A stretch of DNA of 64,000 nucleotides from Bradymonadia bacterium. Its GTDB lineage: Bacteria > Myxococcota_A > Bradymonadia > UBA7976 > UBA1532. The stretch spans positions 256,001 through 320,000 of the forward strand of contig JBKAGE010000037.1 in NCBI GenBank assembly GCA_046290225.1, written 5' to 3'. Below the pieces are notes generated by a model. The model had not been told where the DNA came from. It saw only the letters and a program-made list of their open reading frames with translations, and did not search any database. Each line of letters opens with the position of its first letter. Position 1 is the stretch's first letter. A program made the translations under genes and the position numbers. Below are positions 43,408 through 52,484 of this stretch, piece after piece.

Positions 43408-44760
43408 ATGGGAAACCCGTTGTTCACCCTGCCTGCCCCCCTCACTGGAGAGATCCTGGCCCACCTCGCAGAAGGTGTGCGCCTCGGTGATCCGATCGCC
43501 CAGGGCCGACTACGACACATGCTCATGGGGCCGCTGCTCGACGCGCTGATGCGTCACTCGACCGAGGTGAGCGCCATCGCCGCGGAGGCCGCCACAGTGG
43601 ATGCGCTGGAGGCCTGGTTCGATGCGTGCGAGGCCCGGGGCACCCTCGACCCGTCCACGCTTGCCGATGACGTGATGCACCTCGCCCTCGAACGCCTCGG
43701 CAAGCACTCGAGCCCGCCCTGGCCCTCTCGCAGGCAACTGCACCCACAACTGCGCAGCGGGCTCGACCCCACCGATCGCCTCGCCTTCGACGCGGTCCAC
43801 GATGCTCAAGGCAACCGTCAGGGCATCGCTGATCGACTCGGCCACGATTTAGAGACGATGGCGGGGCCTCTGGAGCGCATGCGGCAAGCCATCTTGTGGC
43901 AGGCAGCGGAGAGCAGCCCTCCCCTCGCCCGAGCGCTGAACCTCGATCCCCAACGCGACGCCCGCCTGGTGCCCGTCCTTCGCGCCTTCATCGAAGGTGA
44001 CGCGCTCTCGGGTGCTGCAGCGAAGATCGCCTCTCGAGAGCTCGTGGAGGCGCTCGCCGAGCCAGAGGAGCGCCTACGATATGAGGCAGTGGTGCACCTT
44101 GAGCGCACTCTGGAGGGCTGTGAGGGTGCCAGCACAAGCCAGAAGTCTCGCCTGCTGGCCCATCTCGTTCACGGGCCCGCAGAAGAAGGCGCCAGCAAGG
44201 CGCCGCTGATTCTGGGCGTGGGCTTCGCCCTCATCGGGCTGATGTCGGTGTTCTTGTTCCTCGGGCCCTCTGATCCAGTGGGCGCTGCGCTGCCCACGAT
44301 GTCGGTGCTCCGCGCCGGCGTCGGGGAGATGGCCCACCTCGACGACGCCCGCGCCAATGCCCCCGAAGGGCAGGAGGTGGGCGCCGGCGAGACCCTGGCT
44401 CCGGGTGAGGGGCTGTATTTCGCCTATGGCAACCCGCCGGAGAGCCCCTTCCGTCATTGGATGATCGTGGGCCGAGACGCGCGCAGCCAGCTGCACTGGT
44501 ATCACCCGGCCCCAGGGGCGCCAGCGCCTCAAGGCCCTACAGGGGCGTCGACCTTCATGCTCAAAGACATTCGGTGGCGGCCGCTCAAGCGCGTGATCTA
44601 TGCGAAGCACCCACCGGGCAATCTACGCATTTGTGGGCTCTTCTTCGAAGACAAGGGCACTCTGCTCGAGGCCCGAGAGCATCTCGAACGCACAGGCGAC
44701 TGGCCAGAGAGCGGGCACCGGGACTGTCGCACCATCACGGTGATGGGTGAGGGGCCGTAA
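43408..44760 (+). CDS. Membrane protein with sigma-70 region-4-like HTH, one TM helix and a C-terminal extracytoplasmic domain
   Basis: LDPTDRLAF...GIADRLGHDLETMAGPLERMRQAI; TM LILGVGFALIGLMSVFLFL; the upstream part of ORF 42667 is only the thyA antisense shadow. Confidence 0.6.
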   Translation: MGNPLFTLPAPLTGEILAHLAEGVRLGDPIAQGRLRHMLMGPLLDALMRHSTEVSAIAAEAATVDALEAWFDACEARGTLDPSTLADDVMHLALERLGKHSSPPWPSRRQLHPQLRSGLDPTDRLAFDAVHDAQGNRQGIADRLGHDLETMAGPLERMRQAILWQAAESSPPLARALNLDPQRDARLVPVLRAFIEGDALSGAAAKIASRELVEALAEPEERLRYEAVVHLERTLEGCEGASTSQKSRLLAHLVHGPAEEGASKAPLILGVGFALIGLMSVFLFLGPSDPVGAALPTMSVLRAGVGEMAHLDDARANAPEGQEVGAGETLAPGEGLYFAYGNPPESPFRHWMIVGRDARSQLHWYHPAPGAPAPQGPTGASTFMLKDIRWRPLKRVIYAKHPPGNLRICGLFFEDKGTLLEAREHLERTGDWPESGHRDCRTITVMGEGP

Positions 44761-44767
44761 GGCGGAC

Positions 44768-45886
44768 TCAGCGCCCGCCGAAGTTCTGGGTCCAGTAGTA
44801 GGGGAAGCGCGCAGTGGCGGCCTGGAAGAAGCCCACGCCAAGCTCGTTGAAGTTGGGGTTCATGATGTTGGCGCAGTGGCCATCGGAGTCCATCCAGCCG
44901 GCGACGACGCTCTGAGGCGTGGGCTGCCCTGCGGCGATGTTTTCCCCCATCCAACCACCGGTGTAGCCCGCAGCCCGCATACGATCGAAGGGGGTGCGAC
45001 CGTCGAGGGAGTCGTGCTCGAAGTAGTTCTGCATGGCCATGTCTTCGCTGTGCAGCCGGGCGGCGCAGCGCAAGGTGGCGTTGAACTCGAGGGGCCCTGC
45101 GGGGCCGAACTCTCCCTGGGTGTCACAGTTGTAACCCTGGGCCCGATATTCGTTGGTGAGGCGCAACACCTCGAACTCGAACTCGGTCCAGTTGTCCTGC
45201 CAGCGGGCTTCGACGTCAGCACAATCGTCGCTCACCGGGCCACCGCCACCAAAGCCACCCTGCCCTTGATCGGGGATGTCGACGACGCCTGCGTCCATCC
45301 CGTCTCCACCACCGGCGCCACCGACCTCGGCGTCGGGCATCGGCGGCTCTGGTGCCCCAAAGGTGCCCACGAACCCTGTGCCCAGACGGGTGATCTCCAC
45401 GATGACGGTGTCACCGTCGACCCGGGCGGGGATCTCGGAGAACGTGACGCCATCGGTGGACCAGAAGAACACAGTGGGCCGAGGCCTGCCGATGTAGACC
45501 ATGCGGATGGTGGCCGGCACCTCGAACTGCACAGTGTCGGGGCCGAATCGAAACACAGGGGAATGGCGGGTGAAGTCGCCCTCGGGATCTTCGAAGGTGG
45601 ATTCGACTGTGAGGGTGACGGGCTCAGCGAGGGCGCCCTCGGGCACAGTGAGTGTTGCCCCAGGCACCCTCACCGTCGTGCCGGTGCTGTCGGCAAGGGC
45701 TTCTGCAGTCTCACCGCTGCCGATGGGGCCCAGAGGCGTCTCGGGGGGCACGAGCGCCCCACCGCCGGCTCCACCAGCGGCCCCTGCACCATCACCGTCT
45801 CCATCACCCCCCGAGTCGTCACAGGCCCACATGCTCAGGGGCACCAGACACGTGAAGATCAGGGCAGCGCGAGAGATGGGGCTCAT
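44768..45886 (-). CDS. CAP (SCP-like) domain lipoprotein with N-terminal ZU5-like domain
   Basis: Lipobox MWAC; AARLHSEDM, GENIAAG, WMDSDGHCANIM, YWTQNFG; LTVPEGAL...FGP. Confidence 0.85.
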   Translation of the reverse strand: MSPISRAALIFTCLVPLSMWACDDSGGDGDGDGAGAAGGAGGGALVPPETPLGPIGSGETAEALADSTGTTVRVPGATLTVPEGALAEPVTLTVESTFEDPEGDFTRHSPVFRFGPDTVQFEVPATIRMVYIGRPRPTVFFWSTDGVTFSEIPARVDGDTVIVEITRLGTGFVGTFGAPEPPMPDAEVGGAGGGDGMDAGVVDIPDQGQGGFGGGGPVSDDCADVEARWQDNWTEFEFEVLRLTNEYRAQGYNCDTQGEFGPAGPLEFNATLRCAARLHSEDMAMQNYFEHDSLDGRTPFDRMRAAGYTGGWMGENIAAGQPTPQSVVAGWMDSDGHCANIMNPNFNELGVGFFQAATARFPYYWTQNFGGR

Positions 45887-45981
45887 CTGGACCTCTACGA
45901 AAATTTCAGGGGAAAGATGATAGCGGGGCAACGCCACCCTATGGAGCGATGGCGGAGAATTTAATCCCCTGTGCAGGGACC

Positions 45982-46638
45982 TCAGTCGATCTCGGGCTCG
46001 GGGCGCAGAAAACCCCACAGCGCGCCCGCGAGGCCACAGGCCACGATGGGGATCAACGTGTGCCACACCATGACGTGACCCGCAGACTCGGCGATGCAGT
46101 GGGTGCTCACCGGTACGAGGCCGAGGAAGCCGGCGCCGAGGCCGAGCAGCAGGCCCGTGGGGGCGTGTCGCCTCAGCACCTTTCGCCCGGCGACGAGGGT
46201 GGTGGCGAGGATGGCCGTAGAGGTGAGGGCACCCCCCTTGAGGCACGAGAAGCCCATGGCCCAGAACTGATCACCGAGGCCCACGTGACTCTGAAAGTCA
46301 GACAATGTGAGCAGGATGATGACGCCGCCGAGGGCAGCGAACAGCAACAACGGCTTGAGACGCCGACCTGCTGGCAACACCAGTCCGAAGGCCAGACCGA
46401 AGAGGGTGAGCCCCACGACCAGCAACACGGCAGAGGTGATCCAGGTGCGGGGTGGGATGGTGGGCGAGAGCCCAAAACCCTGGGCGAGGCCGGCAACGAT
46501 GGCGAGGGCGACGATGGACGACACCGCGCCGAGGTTCCGACGCTTGCGGGCGAGGGCGGCCATGTCTTGAGCCACCATGTCCCGCAGCGCCTGCGGCGGC
46601 AGTAGCTCCTGCTTGTCGCTGTGATGCTCAGGCAACAT
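45982..46638 (-). CDS. NrsF/DUF1109-like multi-TM anti-sigma factor
   Basis: About 6 TM helices with HC...HVMVWH near the C-terminus; directly downstream of an ECF sigma gene. Confidence 0.7.
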   Translation of the reverse strand: MLPEHHSDKQELLPPQALRDMVAQDMAALARKRRNLGAVSSIVALAIVAGLAQGFGLSPTIPPRTWITSAVLLVVGLTLFGLAFGLVLPAGRRLKPLLLFAALGGVIILLTLSDFQSHVGLGDQFWAMGFSCLKGGALTSTAILATTLVAGRKVLRRHAPTGLLLGLGAGFLGLVPVSTHCIAESAGHVMVWHTLIPIVACGLAGALWGFLRPEPEID

Positions 46639-46641
46639 GGT

Positions 46642-47217
46642 TCATTCCCTGCCCCGCTGCAGCATGCCTGCAAGCCGGGCCCTCAAACGATTGTACCCCC
46701 GGTGGGCTCTGACCCGGGCGGCGCCTTCTTTGATGCCCAGTGTAGCGGCAACTTCTGCAAGTGGCCGCCCCTCGAGCTTGTGCATGGCCACCACGGCGCG
46801 CTGCCCTTCTGGCAGCTCGTTGATGGCCTGCTTCAGCGCCTCGATCAACTCCGTGGGGGTCTCCTCTTCTTCGGGGGCGGTCTGCATTTCTGGCAGCTCG
46901 CCCTCTCGGGTCAGCACATCTTTCCGGCTGCCCCTCTTGCGCAAAGCGTCGATGGACAGTCGCCGGGCGATGGTGAGCACCCAGGGGCCCACCGGGGCAC
47001 CTGGCCGATATCGGTCACGGGCCTTGTGTACTCTGAGGAACGTCTGCTGCGTCAGATCTTCAGCAAGGGTGCGATCCCCCACCCACCTGATTTGACACCG
47101 CAGGACCACCGGCGAGAGCACACGGTAGACCTCGTCGAACGCTCGGGCGTCACCATCAGCATAACGCCCCATGGCGTCGATGAGCTGGCTCTCATCCCGG
47201 GTTTTCGAAGTGCTCAT
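46642..47217 (-). CDS. ECF RNA polymerase sigma factor
   Basis: GDARAFDEVY, AEDLTQQTFL, WVLTIARR, LPEGQRAV...EVAATLG...RAHRG. Confidence 0.93.
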   Translation of the reverse strand: MSTSKTRDESQLIDAMGRYADGDARAFDEVYRVLSPVVLRCQIRWVGDRTLAEDLTQQTFLRVHKARDRYRPGAPVGPWVLTIARRLSIDALRKRGSRKDVLTREGELPEMQTAPEEEETPTELIEALKQAINELPEGQRAVVAMHKLEGRPLAEVAATLGIKEGAARVRAHRGYNRLRARLAGMLQRGRE

Positions 47218-47276
47218 GTAGACGTGGCTCGGTCAGAGTGGACAAACGCTTGAGCGAACCCGTCTTTCATCAGGCT

Positions 47277-47303
47277 ATACGTGCCCGAAACAATCAGGTT
47301 ACA
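47277..47303 (-). promoter_or_regulatory. Candidate autoregulatory ECF promoter
   Basis: Minus strand TGTAAC-N16-CGTAT about 60 nt upstream of the sigma start codon. Confidence 0.55.
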
Positions 47304-47396
47304 CACAGAGCGTGCTCATGGTGAACAAGGCTCGAAGGGTGCCCTTTTCTGTCATCTGGAGCAAGCTTGTCCGACCTACATGTGTGGGTACCCGCC

Positions 47397-47933
47397 TCAG
47401 GGCTGCACAGGGGCGGGTGCTGGTGGGGGCGGCGCGTCTTCGTCTCCACCGCCAGGGGGTGCCTCTTCCGGTACACCTGCGTCCGGCGGCAGGGGTTTCT
47501 TGTAGCCGTACAAGGTGTTGGCCTTGCTCGCCGGCGTGAGGGTGACCGAGACGTCATCGTCCCGAAACGTGTAGATGCGGGTGTTCACGGGGATGTACCC
47601 CCCCGCCACGACCTTGACATCGATGGGCCCGGAATCGCGCTGGCGCTTCAGCGTGAGGGGGGTGACACCCAGCTTCTCCTTGCCCCAGTACACCGAGGCC
47701 CGCACCTTGGGCCGAGTGGTCAGCCTCAAGGTCACCGTCTTGGGCGCCGCCTTGCGCTTCGCCTTGGCCTTTTGCTCCTGATCGAGCGTGCGCTGGGCCT
47801 GCTTCTGCATTTCTTTTTGGGCGTCGAGCTTGCGCTCGGCATCTTTCACCACCGCAGGCTTGTCCTGGGCAGAGGCCAGAGCACAGACCCCGATCACTGT
47901 GAGGGCGGCCGCGAGGGCCAGCGCCGATCTCAT
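47397..47933 (-). CDS. Exported PEGA-domain-like protein
   Basis: Signal peptide; TTRP..ASVYWG...LGVTPL...GY; overlaps the upstream stop (ATGA). Confidence 0.7.
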   Translation of the reverse strand: MRSALALAAALTVIGVCALASAQDKPAVVKDAERKLDAQKEMQKQAQRTLDQEQKAKAKRKAAPKTVTLRLTTRPKVRASVYWGKEKLGVTPLTLKRQRDSGPIDVKVVAGGYIPVNTRIYTFRDDDVSVTLTPASKANTLYGYKKPLPPDAGVPEEAPPGGGDEDAPPPPAPAPVQP

Positions 47934-50062
47934 CCTGCTTTGCCTTTCTCGATCTGGGGCAGGGCCCCGGTCTCACCGCTCTCAGCGTCACCCTCTTCCT
48001 CGTCAGCGGGGTAGAGCGTGTTGGGCTTGGGCACGAGGCCCTCGATGGGCTTCTTGTGCCGGCCGACGATGTTGCCCTCGTTCACCATGATGGGCATGGG
48101 CGGCTCGAGGATGTACCGGTAACCCCGCGAGGGGATGCGCATCTCGTAGACCTCTTCGCCTTTGAGGAACTGTCGGTGGTAGTTCACCATCTGCTCCCCC
48201 TTCACCTTCATGTGCCGGTGCTGAAGGATGAAGCCGTAGAGCCGCACGGCGAGGTGGTTGAGCAGGCGGTGGCAGCCGTGTGAGTAGCCCCGGCGGCTGT
48301 AGATCGACATGTAATCAGACGAGCCGTGGGCCCGGATGCCCTGATCCCAGTCGGCCTTGCCGTTGCGGCCGGGCATGACGAAGTAGCCCGCCACCAGACC
48401 GTAGGCGGACTCGTAGCCAGGGCCGGTCTCGCTGTAGTTCACGATCCCGCTGCCCTTACCGTTGATCCACTTGCGACGCACCAAGCCGCGGATCGGCGTG
48501 GTCACTGGCGGGATCCAGGCGGGTCCCGCCACCACCTTGCGCATCACCCGGGGGCCCACCTCGGACTTCTTGTACTTGTAGTACTCATAGCCATTCTTGG
48601 CCTGCTCCGCCCGCCAGCCGCCGATGGTGGAAGGCCACCGCGCCAACGGGATCTTCTGGCCTTCCCACTTCACGTGTAGCCAGAGCTTGGGCTTGCGCTT
48701 GCGGCTGGGGTAGCTCCACTTGTCGTTCTCGTCCCAGGGCGGGTCGTAGGTGACGTCGCCCCGATCGATGAACATGTGCAGATCCATGTGCTCGCTGTAG
48801 TACGGCGGCTTCTCGGGGAACTTCACCCCGAAGCGCAGCCACTGGAGATCCTGGTCGCTGTACTGCTCGAAGAGCTCGGCGAGCTGCTCCGGAGTCTCGA
48901 CACCGATTTGCTGCTTGGCCGCGGCGGTGAAGTCGGCGACGAGGTTGGGCACCTCGTGGGTCTCACCGTCAGGCGTCTTGTACGTGCGCTTCTTCTTGCC
49001 CACGTGCACCGAGCCGTCTTCCAAAATGCCCGTGGCGGCCACGACGCGCTCGGTGAGGGCGCGCTCGAAAGACAGGAAGTTCCCCTCGGCAGGGTTCATG
49101 GCCATGCGCTGCATGGTCTCGGCCTTGAGGGCGGGATACTCGTAGAGCATGTGCTTCTGCTGGAACTTCTTGAGCCCCAGCTTGAAGCCTCGATCCCACT
49201 TGCCCCGCTTGTGCTTGTAACGCTTGGGCAACATGCCCTCGCACTTGAGGCGCAGCTCGGCCTGCTGGAACGCCTTCCGGTTCACGGCGTTGCTGGTGTA
49301 GAGCCGCACGTTCTCCGCGGACTCCGGGTTGGCCTCGATGAGGGCCTCCCAGGTGTCGACCCCGGCCTCCTTCTTGAGCTTGAGCAGCTTCTTCTCAAGC
49401 TTGGCGGCCTTCCGGCGCCGGCGGCGATCCCGGCGCCCGTTGGGCTCGTAGATGGCATCGGTCTGTTTCAACAGATCGAAATCTACGGTGGCCATGCACT
49501 TGCTTTCTTCGTCTTTCACGAAGCGCTTGCGCACGACGCCGAAGCTCGGCGGGATCCCATAAGGCTCGAGGTAGTTGTGCTCCCCAGGTTCAAGGGGCTG
49601 ACCATCAGCGTCGCCGGTGTCGTTGGCGAGGCCGAGGAACACCGAGCGATAGCGGTGCACCTGCAACACGCCCTCCTCGTCTTCCTGATCGACGAAGATG
49701 TACGGGGTCCAGTCGTTGCGGAAGTCCACGAGGGTGTACCCCGCGGCGACAGCGGCAGAGGCCTCCACCACTCGGCGCTTGCCGTCGACGACGATCACGG
49801 CGCGCTCTTCTGGAGGCAGATCGTCCCGGGGGCGCAGCGGATCAGGCGGCGGTTGTGATGGCTTCTCTTTCACCATCTTCGCCGGCGTGTCGGCACCCTT
49901 CAGGGTGTCTTGCTGAGCTGAGCCCTCAGACGCTTTTTTCTGCTCAGAGGCCTTCTGCGTCGCAGCGGGTGTATCCCCCTTGCCGTCTTTCTTGGAGGTC
50001 TCGGGGCCACCACACGCGGTGATGGTCAACATCAGACAGGACAAGCTCAGTAGACGGTTCAT
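47930..50062 (-). CDS. L,D-transpeptidase (YkuD-like) lipoprotein with peptidoglycan-binding-like segment
   Basis: Lipobox ITAC; PAWIPP; IRAHGS...YSHGCHRL catalytic motif; LKKFQQKH. Confidence 0.82.
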   Translation of the reverse strand: MNRLLSLSCLMLTITACGGPETSKKDGKGDTPAATQKASEQKKASEGSAQQDTLKGADTPAKMVKEKPSQPPPDPLRPRDDLPPEERAVIVVDGKRRVVEASAAVAAGYTLVDFRNDWTPYIFVDQEDEEGVLQVHRYRSVFLGLANDTGDADGQPLEPGEHNYLEPYGIPPSFGVVRKRFVKDEESKCMATVDFDLLKQTDAIYEPNGRRDRRRRRKAAKLEKKLLKLKKEAGVDTWEALIEANPESAENVRLYTSNAVNRKAFQQAELRLKCEGMLPKRYKHKRGKWDRGFKLGLKKFQQKHMLYEYPALKAETMQRMAMNPAEGNFLSFERALTERVVAATGILEDGSVHVGKKKRTYKTPDGETHEVPNLVADFTAAAKQQIGVETPEQLAELFEQYSDQDLQWLRFGVKFPEKPPYYSEHMDLHMFIDRGDVTYDPPWDENDKWSYPSRKRKPKLWLHVKWEGQKIPLARWPSTIGGWRAEQAKNGYEYYKYKKSEVGPRVMRKVVAGPAWIPPVTTPIRGLVRRKWINGKGSGIVNYSETGPGYESAYGLVAGYFVMPGRNGKADWDQGIRAHGSSDYMSIYSRRGYSHGCHRLLNHLAVRLYGFILQHRHMKVKGEQMVNYHRQFLKGEEVYEMRIPSRGYRYILEPPMPIMVNEGNIVGRHKKPIEGLVPKPNTLYPADEEEGDAESGETGALPQIEKGKAG

Positions 50063-50170
50063 GGGCTTCCTCAGCGTCGGCTCGACAATGTGCGAAGATC
50101 CGGAGATGTTCTAGATGACCCCCTGGTTTTCACCTGGGGGCTTCCAAATCGAGAAACAGGATCGCGCATC

Positions 50171-52462
50171 GTGGCCGAGTCTACAAAGACATCAATGGAG
50201 CGCTATGCCGTCGAGGCGTCTCGGGGTCAAGGGTCTTGTGCCCGGATCATCGACGCACACGACTGTCTCCTTGACCGACCAGTGACACTCTGGCGGCCCG
50301 CGGTGGGGTGTACGGACGAGGCCCGCGAAAGGTTCACCGCACGCCTCGAAGCCTGGGCGCGCATCGCCAGCCCTCACGTACAACCGGTGTATTTGGTGAC
50401 CCACGATCACGAGGGCCCCTTTGCTGTGACGCCGCGCCCGATCTCGGGCCTGCGTGTAGATGCCTGGGCCCTCAAGGTGGACCAGCGGCAGCCCAGCGCA
50501 GCTGATCATGTCAAGCTGCGCATGATCGCCTGGCTGGTGGAGGCGGTCTCCCGAGGGCACACCCTCGGACTGGCCCATGGCGACCTGCTGAGCCCACACC
50601 TGACCATCATCTCTGATGGCACACCACGCCTCACGGCCTTCGGTGTACGTGAAGGTGATGCCGCCGACGACGTACGCGCCCTCGGCGCCCTGGCCTTGTC
50701 TCTGCTCACGGGAGAATCACCGTCTACAGTGCTCCATGGCACCCACGGCACCTGGCTCGACGCCACTGAGTCTCTCGATTTGCCTCTCGAGGCGCTGTTC
50801 TTGATCGAAAAGATGACCGAGGCCGAGCCCGAGAGCAGGCCTACTGCAGCAGCCCTCGCCCCTCAGTGGGCCGATCTCGCCGGCTCACTGGTGCCCACCC
50901 CCCGTCGCTGGTCCGCTCCTTCAGGGCCCACGGCTCACCAAGTGCACATCGTCGACGCTGCCTTGCAGCACGGTCCGATCACCGATCGACCCTCAGCGAC
51001 GATGTTCGAGCAGTGCCATCAAGCAGCCTCGTCCATCCTCGAGCAGCGCCCGGAGCTCCGCGATCACGTCGAGGCGGTCTATCTGGGCACCATGGGCCTC
51101 TCTCAGGGCAGCCCCCTGCACGCCACCCACATCCCCAACGCCTTGCGGGCCCGGCTGGGGCTCACCGGTATCCGCGGCGATGGCTACCACACCCACATGA
51201 GCACCTCCGAGTCCGGCGCCGTCGCGCTGCTCAAGGCGGTGCGCGACCTGCAATCGGGCCGCCGGACCACGGTGCTCGTAGTGGCCGCCGAGGCCATGTT
51301 CAGTGGTGATCCCGAGCACCGCCGAGCAGAGCGGGCGGAGATCAGCGCCTGGATCAAATCGGTGGTCGATCCCGGCGAGGGGGCCTACGACCTGAGCATG
51401 CTCAACATCGGTGATCTGATCATGGATCACCTGATCTGGGCCTCGGGTCTGCCGCCTGAGGACTGGCGTGAGGTGCTTCGAGATCTGACTCTGGGCAAAT
51501 ACGCTCGGGCGAGTGTGTATCCACAGGCGATGGAGGCCGCCAAAGCCCGTCGTCGCGGCCCGATCACCCCCGAGACGTACGCAGATGCTCGACAGAACCG
51601 GCCCGTGACGCCCCACTACCGCCTGCACGACGTCTGCCCCAACGCCAACGGCGCCACAGCGCTGGTGCTCAGCACAGATCCGGCCCTCGCCTCTGGGGTG
51701 CAGATTCTGGGCATGGGCGAAGGCCACACCAAGGTGGCTCTCACGGAGCGGACTGACCCCCTCGGCCGCCCGGCAGCAATGCGTCGCGCCCTGCGGCAGC
51801 TGTGCCACGACGCCGAGGTCGATCCTGCGCTGCTGCTCGACGCGGGTCACACCGTGGGCATCTTCCACGACGCCTTCCCCGCCATCGAGGCCTCGGCCCT
51901 GGCAGAGCTGGATCCCACAGCATCATGGTCCTGGCGCCTCGATCGTCTGAAGGCAGGCTGGACGAACGCCCTCGGCGGCCTCTCGGCGGCGGGCCACGCC
52001 CTGGGCAACTCGGGGCTCTTGCAGATCGCTCAAGCGTTCCACCTGCTCACGGACGATCCACGCTACCTCGAGGCGTTGCCAGAGGTCGCTCAGGGGCGCA
52101 GCTTCGTGCTGACGACGAGCGTGGGCGCGGCATTGACGAATGTGGTGAGTACGCTGGTGGGCCGCCTCGATGATGGCGCACAGACGCAACTGTCACGTGC
52201 GCGCGCGGCCTACGACAAGGGGACGATCAACGCACGCTGGCGACGCCCTGCCGGGGATCCGATGGTGGACGACCTGCTCGCCGCGTGCGGCCCTGGGGAA
52301 GGGATCGTGATCGCACGCACCCACGTACCCCACGATGATCGCTGGGTGCACCTGGTGCGTACGACTCAGGAGACGGTGCTGGCGATTTGTGACGCAGGAG
52401 TGCTGCCCTGCGGAGCACGGGTGAAAGTGTTCGAAGGGACGCCCCGACGCATCTCGCTCTGA
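50171..52462 (+). CDS. Fusion of degenerate Ser/Thr kinase-like domain, thiolase-like domain and possible OB-fold tail (start uncertain)
   Basis: GQGSCA, HGDL, AFG, DVRALG; then VLVVAAE, DVCPNANGATALVL, HDAF, NALGGL, GHALGNSGLLQ. Confidence 0.75.
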   Translation: MAESTKTSMERYAVEASRGQGSCARIIDAHDCLLDRPVTLWRPAVGCTDEARERFTARLEAWARIASPHVQPVYLVTHDHEGPFAVTPRPISGLRVDAWALKVDQRQPSAADHVKLRMIAWLVEAVSRGHTLGLAHGDLLSPHLTIISDGTPRLTAFGVREGDAADDVRALGALALSLLTGESPSTVLHGTHGTWLDATESLDLPLEALFLIEKMTEAEPESRPTAAALAPQWADLAGSLVPTPRRWSAPSGPTAHQVHIVDAALQHGPITDRPSATMFEQCHQAASSILEQRPELRDHVEAVYLGTMGLSQGSPLHATHIPNALRARLGLTGIRGDGYHTHMSTSESGAVALLKAVRDLQSGRRTTVLVVAAEAMFSGDPEHRRAERAEISAWIKSVVDPGEGAYDLSMLNIGDLIMDHLIWASGLPPEDWREVLRDLTLGKYARASVYPQAMEAAKARRRGPITPETYADARQNRPVTPHYRLHDVCPNANGATALVLSTDPALASGVQILGMGEGHTKVALTERTDPLGRPAAMRRALRQLCHDAEVDPALLLDAGHTVGIFHDAFPAIEASALAELDPTASWSWRLDRLKAGWTNALGGLSAAGHALGNSGLLQIAQAFHLLTDDPRYLEALPEVAQGRSFVLTTSVGAALTNVVSTLVGRLDDGAQTQLSRARAAYDKGTINARWRRPAGDPMVDDLLAACGPGEGIVIARTHVPHDDRWVHLVRTTQETVLAICDAGVLPCGARVKVFEGTPRRISL

Positions 52463-52484
52463 ATCCGCAGCGATTCAGCGATAC

